From assembly GCA_964582775.1 (NCBI GenBank), contig CAZOTO010000001.1, positions 1-59,123 of the forward strand: a stretch of DNA of 59,123 nucleotides. The letters run 5' to 3'. Of this stretch, positions 26,527 to 36,698 are shown one piece after another. The position numbers were made by a program, and so were the translations under genes. The stretch's first letter is position 1; every line of letters begins with the position of its first letter. The notes beneath the pieces were generated by a model that worked only from the letters and a program-made list of their open reading frames with translations, made no database searches and had not been told where the DNA came from. Source of the DNA: an uncultured Myxococcales bacterium (GTDB lineage Bacteria > Myxococcota_A > UBA9160 > SZUA-336).

Positions 26527-26951
26527 GACCCTCTAATCCCCTGGAGCTGAAGGCGCCCGACTCGGTTCGATCCGTCCTCCCATTCGACGCGGACGGTAAT
26601 TCGTGTCAGCCCCACGGCGGGGAGGTTTGGTTCGATCGTCCAGGAGCGGGAATAGGTGGTGAGGTCGTCGTCATTGGGATCGATGTCGACAGGGCCTTGG
26701 GGGTCGGGATTGTTTTCCACGGCTGCGGCTAGTGCCGCATCTCCCGCAGGGAGGGCGAGGAACTCATCGAGCTGGTCTTGAGCGAGGTACATCGCCTGGG
26801 ATCGGTGCTTCGATCCCGATGACATCTTGAGCGCGGAGAGTTGCGCTACGCCGATGGACAAGATTCCAACTCCTAGGATCGCCATCGCGATCAGAACCTC
26901 GAGGAGGGTGAATCCTGGGTTGTCATTGGTGCGACACGAGCTGTCGGTCAA
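26523..26951 (-). CDS. pilV: Type IV minor pilin PilV
   Basis: TTG 26951 is preceded by GGAGAATAACA just after the fimU stop. MTDSSCRTNDNPGFTLLEVLIAMAILGVGILSIGVAQLSAL.. Confidence 0.8.
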   Translation of the reverse strand: MTDSSCRTNDNPGFTLLEVLIAMAILGVGILSIGVAQLSALKMSSGSKHRSQAMYLAQDQLDEFLALPAGDAALAAAVENNPDPQGPVDIDPNDDDLTTYSRSWTIEPNLPAVGLTRITVRVEWEDGSNRVGRLQLQGIRGS

Positions 26952-26962
26952 TGTTATTCTCC

Positions 26963-27655
26963 TTAGTTCCACGTGCCGAGACCGGGAGAGAGCGTTCGCA
27001 CTCTTACTCCACCGAGCGGTTGCAGGATCACAGCGAGGACGGCGGAGTGGTTGTCGGTTACATAGATTGCCCCGGCCCCAGTGCCCCATGCGCCAAGGCG
27101 ATTGGGGAGAGCTCCAAGCTCGACCGGTATCCCTTGAGAGGTGAAGCCCACAGCTCTCGCACCGGTTACCGGGTCGGCAGGGAGCGTGATCCCATCGACG
27201 AGGTCCGCAAGGTCGCCTCCGCCTCCGGCGAGGTCCTCAGGCGCGAGCGGAGAATCGGAAAAGGGGGTCGTTCCATCCGGATGGCTACCATAGATTGAAA
27301 CCTCTGCGTCGAGCCCAGGTTTGGGGAAGAAGCTCTGGAGCCGATCGCCTGGATCGATGAGACCGTCGCCGTTCGCATCAACAACGAGCAGAGCGACTGC
27401 ACCAGCCTCGAACTCAGGGATCACCCCTTCTGCAGACAGGAATACATACGTGGGATTCCCCGATGCGGTGGCTTGTGTTCGCGCCTCCGTGAGGACGGAG
27501 CTGATGAGCCCCGCATGATTTCGCGCATCCTCGCGAGCCCGATATCGAACGAGAGATGGCCCCGCGAGGAGACTGAGAGCACCAAGAATGGCGACCACGA
27601 TGAGCACCTCGATCATCGTGAATCCAGCCGACTCGTGACGTAGACGCATTTTCAT
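26963..27655 (-). CDS. fimU: GspH/FimT/FimU-family minor pilin
   Basis: 230 aa: ..SAGFTMIEVLIVVAILGALSLLAGPSLVRYRAREDARNHAGLISSVLTEARTQA.. First gene of the minor-pilin operon. Confidence 0.75.
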   Translation of the reverse strand: MKMRLRHESAGFTMIEVLIVVAILGALSLLAGPSLVRYRAREDARNHAGLISSVLTEARTQATASGNPTYVFLSAEGVIPEFEAGAVALLVVDANGDGLIDPGDRLQSFFPKPGLDAEVSIYGSHPDGTTPFSDSPLAPEDLAGGGGDLADLVDGITLPADPVTGARAVGFTSQGIPVELGALPNRLGAWGTGAGAIYVTDNHSAVLAVILQPLGGVRVRTLSPGLGTWN

Positions 27656-27853
27656 CCCGCCCCCCTATCAGCAACCGCCATGCCGCCGCGAGATCCGTAC
27701 CGGGCCGGGGTTGCGGCTAGACCTGCGGGTCGGTGATGGGAAATCGTTGCCTGATCGGAATTGTTTTCGGCTTGATGCGGTCGCTGCTTGCGGTCTCCAG
27801 TGGGTTCCTGCACAAATGGAGACGAATTGTCACTGGTGCCGAATGGAGGCTCG

Positions 27854-29464
27854 ATGACGGATCAGATTTCGCTCACGGAGACGCTCGGGATTCTCGATTG
27901 GCTCGATCGCGCGGTTGCAGCGATGGTCCGTACAGCAGCTCGGGAAGATCGGGACAACGCCCAAGTCGCATTGGCGCGGGTGGCGGAGATGGCTACGAAG
28001 GTTCGCGCGGCGCGCGATCTGTCCGCCTACGCGTCCGCGACGGGGGAAGGCTTTGGGGAGCTCGCGGCGATCTTCTCCGGTCGAGTGGCTAGCGAAATGC
28101 TCCATCTCGTGCAGGACTTCGGGCCGGACCATGGCGTCGGGGATGGCGAGTCTTCTCCCCCGGGGGCGGTCCTCCCCTTCGTGCGGCGTGCACTTACGGA
28201 TCGAAGGATTCGCGCGATGGGACGAACGGTGGCGATGGAGCGAGGTCGATCGGAATGGCCCCTCGAGGAGCTCCTAGCAATCACGCGTCAAAGTGTTCGC
28301 GAGTTCGCCGATTCGGAGATTGCTCCCCACGCAGAGCGCATTCACCGCAACGATGAGGTCGTCCCCGAGTCCTTCATCGAGAAGATGTCGGAGCTCGGAT
28401 ACTTCGGTATGTCGATTCCCGAGGCCTACGGCGGAAACGAGATGGGCAACGTCGCGATGGTCATCACGACGGAGGAGCTCTCTCGCGCCTCGCTCGCTGC
28501 GGCCGGCTCGCTCATTACGCGACCGGAAATTCTCTCGAAGGCGCTGCTCTCGGGTGGAACAGAGGACCAGAAGCGCGTATGGCTTCCCCGAATTGCGAGC
28601 GGAGAGGTCATGGTCGGAATCGCAGTTACGGAGCCAGACGTCGGGAGCGATGTAGCAAGAGTTTCGTGCCGAGCAACACGGAGCCGCGTGGGGGATTCCT
28701 CCGGCTGGTCGATCACTGGGCCAAAGGCGTGGTGCACGTTTGCCGGTCGGGCCGACATACTCGCAGTGCTCGCTCGTACCGGACCGGGAGAGGGCTCGAA
28801 GGGACTGTCCCTGTTCATCGTCCCGAAGGAACGGTCGCGCAGTCATGCGTTCGAGTTCCGTCAGCGGCAGGGCGGACGGATCGGGGGCAAGGCCGACGCG
28901 ACGCCAGGATATCGCGGAATGCACTCATTCACACTTTCCTTCGAGAACTACTTCGTTCCCAACGAGAATTTGGTGGGCGGTGAATCCGGAGTTGGGAAGG
29001 GATTTTCTCTCCAGATGGGCGGGTTCGCGGCAGGTCGCCTTCAGACAGGTGCCCGTGCCTGCGGCCTCGCTCAGGCCGCACTTGAGAAGACGGCGGAGTA
29101 CGTCATGGATCGGCGTCAGTTTGGTCGTCCCCTGATCGACTTCGCTCTCACGCAGTTCAAGCTGGGCGTCATGGCCTGCGACGTCGCTGCGGCGCGTGCC
29201 ATGACGCATGGAGCCGCACGCGCGATGGACGAGAACGAGCGGCGTGCAGCTCCCTACGCGGCTCAGGCGAAGCTCCTCGCGTGCGACGTCGCGGTCGCGG
29301 TGAGTCAGCAGGGGCAGTTGTTACACGGTGGGTGGGGGTATGCGGAGGAGTACCCGATCAGCCGGTACGTCGTGGACGCGCTCGTGCTTCCGATCTTCGA
29401 GGGAGTTAAGCCGATTCTCCAGCTAAAGGTAATCGGTCGGGCTCTCCTAGCGGGCGAGATCTAG
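27854..29464 (+). CDS. Acyl-CoA dehydrogenase with ~130-aa N-terminal extension
   Basis: ATG 27854 is preceded by GGAGG. ..GYFGMSIPEAYGG..GIAVTEPDVGSDVA..GPKAWCTFAG..GGWGYAEEYPISRY.. Confidence 0.88.
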   Translation: MTDQISLTETLGILDWLDRAVAAMVRTAAREDRDNAQVALARVAEMATKVRAARDLSAYASATGEGFGELAAIFSGRVASEMLHLVQDFGPDHGVGDGESSPPGAVLPFVRRALTDRRIRAMGRTVAMERGRSEWPLEELLAITRQSVREFADSEIAPHAERIHRNDEVVPESFIEKMSELGYFGMSIPEAYGGNEMGNVAMVITTEELSRASLAAAGSLITRPEILSKALLSGGTEDQKRVWLPRIASGEVMVGIAVTEPDVGSDVARVSCRATRSRVGDSSGWSITGPKAWCTFAGRADILAVLARTGPGEGSKGLSLFIVPKERSRSHAFEFRQRQGGRIGGKADATPGYRGMHSFTLSFENYFVPNENLVGGESGVGKGFSLQMGGFAAGRLQTGARACGLAQAALEKTAEYVMDRRQFGRPLIDFALTQFKLGVMACDVAAARAMTHGAARAMDENERRAAPYAAQAKLLACDVAVAVSQQGQLLHGGWGYAEEYPISRYVVDALVLPIFEGVKPILQLKVIGRALLAGEI

Positions 29465-29788
29465 ATCCGCAGAGAAGGCGGGATTGCTGGTTAGAGAGGA
29501 CCGCCCGATCTTGTGCGCCTGGGATCCGTGATGCCCTTCTCGACTTCCTCGTCGAGTTGCGGCGGCATGATCCGGGGAGAGCATACTGCGCGGGGAGGGG
29601 CGTGACCTCATCTATCAGATCAGTACGAGCGAAATCAGGCATTCTGATGCCGATCTTTCCGAGCGTAGAGCGACAGAGCTGCGAAGGCCGGGGGTCGCGA
29701 TCTCCCATCATCGACTGGTAACCGCTGCCACCTGTTTCACGGCGACGATGTTTCTGCACCCATTTGCGCTGGCTGTGTCAATTGCCGG

Positions 29789-30748
29789 CTAGTAGTTCGA
29801 TCCCGGGGCGGTTGGTGGGAGGTGGACGACGGAGCCATGTTCGTAGATGTGCACACAGTTTCTCCCCGCATCCTTGGAGGCGTAGAGTGCGCGATCTGCG
29901 GCTCCGATCAGCATTGCGGGTGTCAATTCGGAATCGAGGGTTTCGGTTGTAGCAACGCCGAAGCTCGCGGTTACTGAGACAGACTCGCCTCGTATGTCGT
30001 AGGATCTGCTATCGAGCGCATCACGAAGGCGCTCTGAGACATGAACTGCCGCATTCCTTCCCGTGTCCGTTAGAAGTACTGCGAATTCCTCTCCCCCATA
30101 CCTTGCGACTATGTCCGATCGACGCGCATATGCTCGAAGGCTCTCAGCAATGCCCTGGAGAACGACGTCTCCAAAGAGATGGCCATACGAGTCATTGAGT
30201 CGTTTGAAGTGATCTATGTCCAATAGGACAAGTGACATTGGGCGGCCATATCGTCGAGCGACATTTAGTTCGGACTCTATTCGCCGATCGAGATATGAGC
30301 GATTCCACAAACCAGTAAGTCCGTCTAGGAAGGATTGTTGCTCTAGTATGTCCTGCAGGCGCTTCGTGCGAAGCGCAGCTCTGACTCTTGCGCGTAGCTC
30401 GATTTGGTCGAATGGCTTTGTCACGTAGTCTACAGCGCCCAGATCGAGTCCTCGTACCTTCGAATCGGTATCTGATGTTCCTGTAAGAAAGATGATGGGT
30501 ATGTTGCGGGTGGATGGGTGCTCTTTGAGCCATCGGCACACTTCGAACCCGTCGACTGCGGGCAATCCGATGTCGAGCAGGATGAGATCCGGCGAATCGT
30601 GCACCGCGCGCTCGAATCCCTTCTCACCATCTTCTTCGCCGTATACGTCCAATCCTTCGCTTCGCAGTCGTGCGGCAATCAGCTTGTGGATGGACCGGCT
30701 GTCGTCGATGACGAGCACGCGGTTGGGATTGGGTACCTCGGGGGTCAA
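29789..30748 (-). CDS. Response regulator receiver + GGDEF diguanylate cyclase (active-site GGEEF, I-site RxxD present)
   Basis: 319 aa: VLVIDDS..LILLDIGLP..TKPF..; ..LLDIDHFKRLNDSYGH..ARRSDIVARYGGEEFAVLL.. Confidence 0.9.
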   Translation of the reverse strand: MTPEVPNPNRVLVIDDSRSIHKLIAARLRSEGLDVYGEEDGEKGFERAVHDSPDLILLDIGLPAVDGFEVCRWLKEHPSTRNIPIIFLTGTSDTDSKVRGLDLGAVDYVTKPFDQIELRARVRAALRTKRLQDILEQQSFLDGLTGLWNRSYLDRRIESELNVARRYGRPMSLVLLDIDHFKRLNDSYGHLFGDVVLQGIAESLRAYARRSDIVARYGGEEFAVLLTDTGRNAAVHVSERLRDALDSRSYDIRGESVSVTASFGVATTETLDSELTPAMLIGAADRALYASKDAGRNCVHIYEHGSVVHLPPTAPGSNY

Positions 30749-31056
30749 CTGGCCTCCGAAACTTGAACGGCTCGCAAGATCTCACAGAGTGCATGCATGC
30801 GTTTCACGATTTCGCAGTCATCGATGTCGGTCTTCAGAGCGGCCTCGAGATCAGCGGCACGATGCGTGATCTCGGGGAATCCGTAGCCACCCCCAGCCCC
30901 TTTGAGCTGATGGGCAAGGGTTTGCAGGCCGTCTCGATTTCTCGATTCCCACATCGTCTCGATTGAGCGCACTCGATCAGGCAGCTCCTCCGCAAACTCC
31001 CGCACGATGTCGATCATGTCGGGATCGTTTTCGTAGATGCTTCGAATCGGTTTCAC
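30745..31056 (-). CDS. HPt (histidine phosphotransfer) domain protein
   Basis: 103 aa: ..LQTLAHQLKGAGGGYGFPEI.. 4-nt overlap with the downstream REC-GGDEF gene. Confidence 0.82.
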   Translation of the reverse strand: MKPIRSIYENDPDMIDIVREFAEELPDRVRSIETMWESRNRDGLQTLAHQLKGAGGGYGFPEITHRAADLEAALKTDIDDCEIVKRMHALCEILRAVQVSEAS

Positions 31057-31271
31057 GTTCGCCTCTACGTCAGGAATTGACGCGGCGCTTCGCGAGAATG
31101 CGTTTTACGCACCAGCGCCCGGGAGACCCATCGGCACCATGCAGATCCGGATTGACCACACCGCGAGCAGGATCGAGTTTCCTTCGTGTCCGGTCTCTCC
31201 CGACAGGGACGGAAAAGTTCGCCAAGCTCTCGGGCTTAGCGAATCGGCTTGGATCGAGTATCGTTATACGG

Positions 31272-31745
31272 ATGAAGAGCCATCAAGTCTTCTCTGCTAT
31301 GGATTCCTCGGACGCGCTCGATTTCCTTCAAGAGCTCAAGCGCGAGGCGCCTCCGATCGCACAGATCGCGCTTCAGGCTACAGCCTCCGCTCTCAAGCTC
31401 AGACCCGATTTCTTGCGCCGCCAGCCCAAAGCAAGGCAAGCGGAGTGGGTTCGGCAAACCTTGGCGCGCAGCTCGATGAACCCTGTGGCTGAAGAGGTAT
31501 TGGCTCAGTACTTCCTGGATCGTCACGGAGATCTGTTGTGTGAATGGCTCGATCTCCTTGGTGTCGCTCACGACAATGGCGTACTCGAAACAGCATCACC
31601 GCCATGCCCCGATGCAGGGGTACTCCAAGAAGCACTCTCGAAGTTCCGGTCCGGAGACCACGCAAAGCGGCGCGAGCTGTTGATCCGCGCCTTTGCAGCC
31701 CAGTCGTCGGTCGACTGGCCCGACCTCGAGATCATGCTCGCTTGA
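31272..31745 (+). CDS. Hypothetical protein (~157 aa, helical)
   Basis: Internal ATG of ORF 30963..31745; the upstream part is antisense to the HPt gene. No recognisable motif. Confidence 0.5.
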   Translation: MKSHQVFSAMDSSDALDFLQELKREAPPIAQIALQATASALKLRPDFLRRQPKARQAEWVRQTLARSSMNPVAEEVLAQYFLDRHGDLLCEWLDLLGVAHDNGVLETASPPCPDAGVLQEALSKFRSGDHAKRRELLIRAFAAQSSVDWPDLEIMLA

Positions 31746-31776
31746 TTCGGTCCCAGGGGCTCATAGGGGGGCAGGG

Positions 31777-32532
31777 GTGGATCTCGGACTCGAAGGGAGA
31801 GCGGCGGTCGTCACTGGAGCGAGCCGGGGGATCGGCTTGGCGATCGCGTCGGCATTGGTCGCGGAAGGGGCACGCGTTTCCATCTGCGCGCGCGGAAGAT
31901 CCGAACTCGACTCGGCGGTTCGATCTCTTCGCTCGCATGGAGCATTCGTACATGGGTTGCCCTGTGATGTTGGCGATTCCGGCGCGTTGGCTTCTTTTCT
32001 CGATGCCGCAAGAGAGGTGCTTGGCCGAATCGATATTTTGGTGAACAACTGTTCTGGCTTTGGGATGGACGATGACGAACAGGGCTGGCGGAGGAGCTTC
32101 GAGGTGGACGTCATGGGGGCAGTGCGGGCCAGCTGGCTCGTAACACCTTGGATGAGACAGACCGGCGGTGGGTCCATCGTCCACATCGTTTCGACCGCAG
32201 CCCTCGAGGCTCCAAGCCCGCCCCCCTACGCTTCCATGAAGGCCGCCCTCGTTAGTCATTCCAAGAACTTAGCTGTAGCTCTTGCACCCCACGGGATACG
32301 GGTGAATTGCGTGGCACCGGGCTCGATCGAGTTTCCCGGGGGCGTTTGGGATAGGATTCGAGAGACGGATTTCGAGCAATACGAATCCGTACGCCGCTCC
32401 ATACCGTTCGGCCGTCTCGGAACCCCAGAGGAGGTCGCGAACGCAGTCGTCTTTCTCGTCTCCGAACGAGCGAGTTGGATCTCGGGTGCGGTACTTGCGG
32501 TGGACGGCGTTCAGCACAGGGGGAACCTGTAA
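31777..32532 (+). CDS. Short-chain dehydrogenase/reductase (SDR)
   Basis: GTG 31777: VDLGLEGRAAVVTGASRGIGLAIA..ILVNNCSG..YASMKAAL.. Confidence 0.85.
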   Translation: MDLGLEGRAAVVTGASRGIGLAIASALVAEGARVSICARGRSELDSAVRSLRSHGAFVHGLPCDVGDSGALASFLDAAREVLGRIDILVNNCSGFGMDDDEQGWRRSFEVDVMGAVRASWLVTPWMRQTGGGSIVHIVSTAALEAPSPPPYASMKAALVSHSKNLAVALAPHGIRVNCVAPGSIEFPGGVWDRIRETDFEQYESVRRSIPFGRLGTPEEVANAVVFLVSERASWISGAVLAVDGVQHRGNL

Positions 32533-32578
32533 CACCCGCACGGCGTCTACCCGGTAACTGCCCTATGCCCGAGGTAGG

Positions 32579-32818
32579 TCAGTCCACGCGCTCGAGCGGC
32601 TCTTCCGTACGCTTGGCCCCTTGCCCTAGACTCTCGCGGACTCGATCGCCGATTCTCTGAGCAGGGGATCGATCGGCGGGGAGCGGGTCTGCGTCGGTGT
32701 CAACGTGGGACCATCGTGCGAAGACTCCGCCAAATGCGGCATCCACCCCTTGGGTAAAGATCTCCATCCCCACCCAGATTCCGAGAACCATGAAGAGAAT
32801 CCCAGCGATGCGCCCCAC
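32579..32818 (-). CDS. Small membrane protein, hypothetical
   Basis: 79 aa, one N-terminal TM helix (IAGILFMVLGIWVGMEIF) and a charged tail. Confidence 0.45.
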   Translation of the reverse strand: MGRIAGILFMVLGIWVGMEIFTQGVDAAFGGVFARWSHVDTDADPLPADRSPAQRIGDRVRESLGQGAKRTEEPLERVD

Positions 32819-32910
32819 GGGTCATCCTCCACCGATTCGCTAAGACATCTCATCGGAGCCGACGGTTCGCTGGCTGAGCGGCCCGCCACCGATCGGCTGG
32901 ATGCAGAAGG

Positions 32911-34896
32911 CTAACGGAGCATCTCCCGCGCGATCCCTAGAACGTGGTCCGCAGTGAATCCGAACTCCACTGCCAGATCCTGATACGGCGCTGATGCCCC
33001 GAAATTCCTCATGCCGTGGAATCGATCACCGGGACGCACGATCTCGGAAAGCCCTTGGGGAACACCCGCCTCGATCACGAGTCGGGGAGCATCGGGAGGA
33101 AGCAGGCTCGCGCAATACGCATCACCCTGTCTCCGGAAGACCTCAAGGCACGGTAGCGATACGACGCGCACGCGACGCCCCTCCTTCGCCAGTGTCCGCC
33201 CAGCTTCGAGGACAATCGATACCTCCGAGCCCGTCCCGATCAAGACAAGTTCGGGCTTGCTCCTGACAGACTCGGACTGGACGATGTAACCACCACGCTG
33301 GGCCTCGATTTCGACTCCAGCCGAATCGAGTGCGGGAACACCCTGTCGAGTCAACACGAGCGCCGAGGGGCCTTCGCACCGATGCAGCGCCTGCTGCCAC
33401 GCTGCGACGGTCTCCCGCGCATCGGCCGGACGCCAGACATGGAGATTCGGGATCGCTCGAAGAGACGCGAGCTGTTCCACGGGCTGGTGCGTCGGCCCGT
33501 CCTCTCCCACGAAGATCGAGTCGTGGGTGAAGATGAAGATCACGGGCTGATCCATCATCGCTGCGAGGCGAATCGCAGGCCGCATGTAGTCGCTGAACAC
33601 GAGGAACGTCGCGACGAATGGGCGCACACCAGCATGCAACGCCATCCCGTTGGCAATCGCACCCATCCCGTGCTCCCGCACCCCGAAGCACACATTGCGG
33701 CCTTCGAACTTTCCACGCTCGATCGTACCCCCCTCTGCGAGTGCGACCGAGTTCGAGCCAGCCAAGTCTGCGGACCCCCCAACCAGGGACGGGATCTTCT
33801 TGGCAATCGCATTCAGAATCTTCCCGGACGCTTGCCGCGTCGCTAGGGGTTTCGTCCCTCGGAAATCCGGGAACGCGGCTTCGAGATCCGCCGGAAACTC
33901 CCCAAGAAACGCCTCACGCCAGAGCGAGGCTACGCCTTCGTCCCGTAGTAGGGCCTTCGCCTTGCGAGCCTCCCAAGCACGACGCTCCTCTGCTCCCCGC
34001 ACGGCGTTCCCGCGAAAGACATGGTATGCCTCCTCCGGGATATCGAAGGGGGGGCGGCTCCATCCGAGCGCCTTGCGCGTCGCGTCCGCAGCATCCGCGC
34101 CGATCCCTCCGTGCGCGGCGGGGGAATCCACGGTCGGTGCCCCCAATCCGATCCGCGTCTTGCACAGGATCAGGTGTGGACGCTCGTCGCTATGAAGCGC
34201 ATGTCGAAACGCCGATCGAAGCCGCTCCGGATCGTGACCATCGACATCGCGCTGGACTTCCCAACCATAGGCGGAGTATCGGGCCGCGACATCCTCCGAG
34301 AATGCGATGCTCGTCGGTCCATCGATCGTGATTCCATTGTCATCATAGATCACGATCAGGCGTCCGAGACCCATGTGCCCAGCCAACGAAGCGGCTTCGG
34401 ACGCCACGCCCTCCATCATGTCCCCGTCGCTCGCAAGAACCCATGTCCGATGGCTCATGAGATCCGGGCCGAACCGGGCCGCCAGGATCCGCTCCGCGAG
34501 GGCCAAGCCCACTGCATTTCCAACCCCTTGACCCAGCGGACCCGAGGTCACCTCGACGCCCGGGGTGGCCCCGTGCTCGGGATGGCCTGGCGTGCGGGAG
34601 TGGAGCTGGCGGAAGCGTTTGATCTCGCCCATCGGCAGGTCATAGCCCGAAAGGTGGAGTAGCGAGTACAGCAACATCGAGCCGTGGCCCGCTGAGAGGA
34701 CGAATCGATCCCGGTCCAGCCACGCAGGATCCGAGGGATCGTGACGCAGGAATTCCGAGAACAGCACGGTGCCGATCTCCGCACAGCCCAGGGGAAGTCC
34801 ATGATGGCCGATCCCCGCCCTACTCACGGCATCTACCGTCAGTATTCGAATGGCCTTCGCGGCGAGCGCAATGCTCTCGGACGCAGGTAGGGGCAC
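32911..34896 (-). CDS. tkt: Transketolase
   Basis: 661 aa: ..[69 protein letters not shown].. GTG start with AGGAG 9 nt upstream. Confidence 0.93.
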   Translation of the reverse strand: MPLPASESIALAAKAIRILTVDAVSRAGIGHHGLPLGCAEIGTVLFSEFLRHDPSDPAWLDRDRFVLSAGHGSMLLYSLLHLSGYDLPMGEIKRFRQLHSRTPGHPEHGATPGVEVTSGPLGQGVGNAVGLALAERILAARFGPDLMSHRTWVLASDGDMMEGVASEAASLAGHMGLGRLIVIYDDNGITIDGPTSIAFSEDVAARYSAYGWEVQRDVDGHDPERLRSAFRHALHSDERPHLILCKTRIGLGAPTVDSPAAHGGIGADAADATRKALGWSRPPFDIPEEAYHVFRGNAVRGAEERRAWEARKAKALLRDEGVASLWREAFLGEFPADLEAAFPDFRGTKPLATRQASGKILNAIAKKIPSLVGGSADLAGSNSVALAEGGTIERGKFEGRNVCFGVREHGMGAIANGMALHAGVRPFVATFLVFSDYMRPAIRLAAMMDQPVIFIFTHDSIFVGEDGPTHQPVEQLASLRAIPNLHVWRPADARETVAAWQQALHRCEGPSALVLTRQGVPALDSAGVEIEAQRGGYIVQSESVRSKPELVLIGTGSEVSIVLEAGRTLAKEGRRVRVVSLPCLEVFRRQGDAYCASLLPPDAPRLVIEAGVPQGLSEIVRPGDRFHGMRNFGASAPYQDLAVEFGFTADHVLGIAREMLR

Positions 34897-34917
34897 AGGG
34901 GGGTTCTCCTATGGGCG

Positions 34918-36624
34918 TTGAGAGAATCTTTCGGCGTCATTATCGCCGCACGCAAGGGAGGGGCAAGGGCACGACCGGAGCAAGGGACCAATTGCACGAG
35001 AATCACCACGAATTCACGCACATACGAACCTGGCTACGAGTGTCGGGGGATCCGCCTCCCCCTCAACAAGAAATTGCTGTTTTCCGATCGTACTGAAGCT
35101 CGGACTGCTCGACGAAACCAACGAACGAGGGCCCCTTTGAACGACCTCGAACGCAGCCTCATCGAATCTCCTCGGCTCCCTTCGCCGCCCGTGGTTGCGC
35201 AGCGCATCCTCGAACTGATCGAGAATGAGGACGCGGGCGTCACGGATCTCGCAGAGATCATCGCACTCGACCCCGCTCTCTGCGCCAAGCTCCTGAGTGT
35301 CATCAACTCGGCAGCCTACGGAATGGCACGGCAGGTGACGACGGTTCGACAGGCGGTGCTGTTCTTGGGGATGAAGAGCGTCCGCAGCATCGCGCTGTCC
35401 TTCTCATTCGTCTCCCAGCTACGGGGACTGCCGAGCAAAGGCGGTCTGGATCAGCTCTGGCATACCTCGCTGATGATGGGAATCGCCGCGCGCCGGCTCG
35501 CTCTCGAGATCGGAGAGTGGGATAGCGAGGAGGCGTTTCTCGTCGGCCTGCTTTGTGACTGTGGATCCCTCCTGCTCTACAGCGAATTGCCCCAGTATCG
35601 GGATCTCCTGCGACGCGCCTATTCGGGCGAGATCTCCCTCCTCGAATCGGAGCGAGCCGAATTCCAGACGGACCATCCTCGCCTGGGATCACTACTGCTC
35701 GAGCACTGGAACTTCCCAGAGCTCTACTGTCAGCTGGTCGCATATCATCACGAACCCGAGCGATGCGAAGATCCGAAGCTGCGAGGCAAGCTCAGGATAC
35801 TCGACGCCGCTTGGCACTCCTCGCGCGCGTTCACCAGTCCCGGCTTCTCGAGCGACATCGTATCGTTGCGACAACGGCTCTCGGAGCGGTTCGGTCTTCC
35901 GGAATCGGTCATCGAGGACCTCCTCGATCAGCTCCCGAATGAACTCAACTCGACCGCGAGCTCACTCGAAATCGCGATCGGATCCCAACGCGACTACCAA
36001 GACCTCTTGACCGACGCAAACCGGACTCTGTCGGAGATGGCGCTCCGGAGCGATCGGGATGCGAAGAGCATGGCCGGGGCGGTTGGAAACGCACGAACCG
36101 GTTTTGCTCAGCTGCGCGAGATCCTCGCTCCGAGCCTGAGAGCGGATGAGGAAACCGGAATCGTCTCCCGGGGATCGTTCGAGTACCTCTTCGAAGCATA
36201 TTTCGAGAGTGCACGGCGACAGCAGGTGCCCGTCGGAATCCTCATCATCGAGATCGAGGATCCCTCTGGAGGATCCGCCCGGTCAGGGGCCCCCGTGCCC
36301 GTTGCCGCCCTGGCAGAGATCGGGAAGCGCATCCAGGACATCGTACGAAGGTGCGACGTCGTGGCGCGATTCGGAGAGAGGCGCATCGCAGTCCTCGCAC
36401 CTGGATGTCATGGAACGGATCTCGTTCGCGTTGCCTCTCGACTCCGAGAAACCATCGAAAACTCGCCCGTCGGCGAAGATCCCCATGCATGTGCATGCAC
36501 TGCGATGGGCCTCGCAGACAGCATTCCCCACTTGGCCGGATCGGACCCGCAGTCGTTACTGGGACGAGCGACGGCAGCCATCCTGCGTGCCCGTGGCTCC
36601 GAGAGTCGCATGGCGAGGCTCTAG
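34918..36624 (+). CDS. HDOD domain protein with C-terminal degenerate GGDEF domain
   Basis: ..LPSPPVVAQRILELIENEDAGVTDLAEIIALDPALCAKLLSVINSAAYG..VRQAVLFLGMKSV.. (HDOD). The C-terminal GGDEF fold has RFGERRIAV in place of GG[DE]EF. Start is uncertain: TTG 34918 (longest ORF) or TTG 35074. The latter leaves a more plausible divergent promoter region with tkt. Confidence 0.8.
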   Translation: MRESFGVIIAARKGGARARPEQGTNCTRITTNSRTYEPGYECRGIRLPLNKKLLFSDRTEARTARRNQRTRAPLNDLERSLIESPRLPSPPVVAQRILELIENEDAGVTDLAEIIALDPALCAKLLSVINSAAYGMARQVTTVRQAVLFLGMKSVRSIALSFSFVSQLRGLPSKGGLDQLWHTSLMMGIAARRLALEIGEWDSEEAFLVGLLCDCGSLLLYSELPQYRDLLRRAYSGEISLLESERAEFQTDHPRLGSLLLEHWNFPELYCQLVAYHHEPERCEDPKLRGKLRILDAAWHSSRAFTSPGFSSDIVSLRQRLSERFGLPESVIEDLLDQLPNELNSTASSLEIAIGSQRDYQDLLTDANRTLSEMALRSDRDAKSMAGAVGNARTGFAQLREILAPSLRADEETGIVSRGSFEYLFEAYFESARRQQVPVGILIIEIEDPSGGSARSGAPVPVAALAEIGKRIQDIVRRCDVVARFGERRIAVLAPGCHGTDLVRVASRLRETIENSPVGEDPHACACTAMGLADSIPHLAGSDPQSLLGRATAAILRARGSESRMARL

Positions 36625-36698
36625 CTCTCCGTCTCCGACGCCCTGCACCGGTGTGCATTTGGTGCACCCGGGCCGCACCCCGCTACCATGCCTTCCCG

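Noticed and set aside
27656-27853. Sigma-54 promoter for the minor-pilin operon (ATGGCGGTTGCTG on the minus strand)
   Set aside because: The GG-to-GC spacing is about 7 nt instead of the required 10-11 nt, so it does not fit TGGCAC-N5-TTGC.
29465-29788. 325-bp intergenic region between the acyl-CoA dehydrogenase and REC-GGDEF genes, including ORF 29406..29759 (-). I checked it for a c-di-GMP riboswitch or small gene.
   Set aside because: The ORF is Arg/Ser-rich and overlaps the dehydrogenase 3' end. No GEMM-like conserved core and no convincing hairpin terminator was seen.
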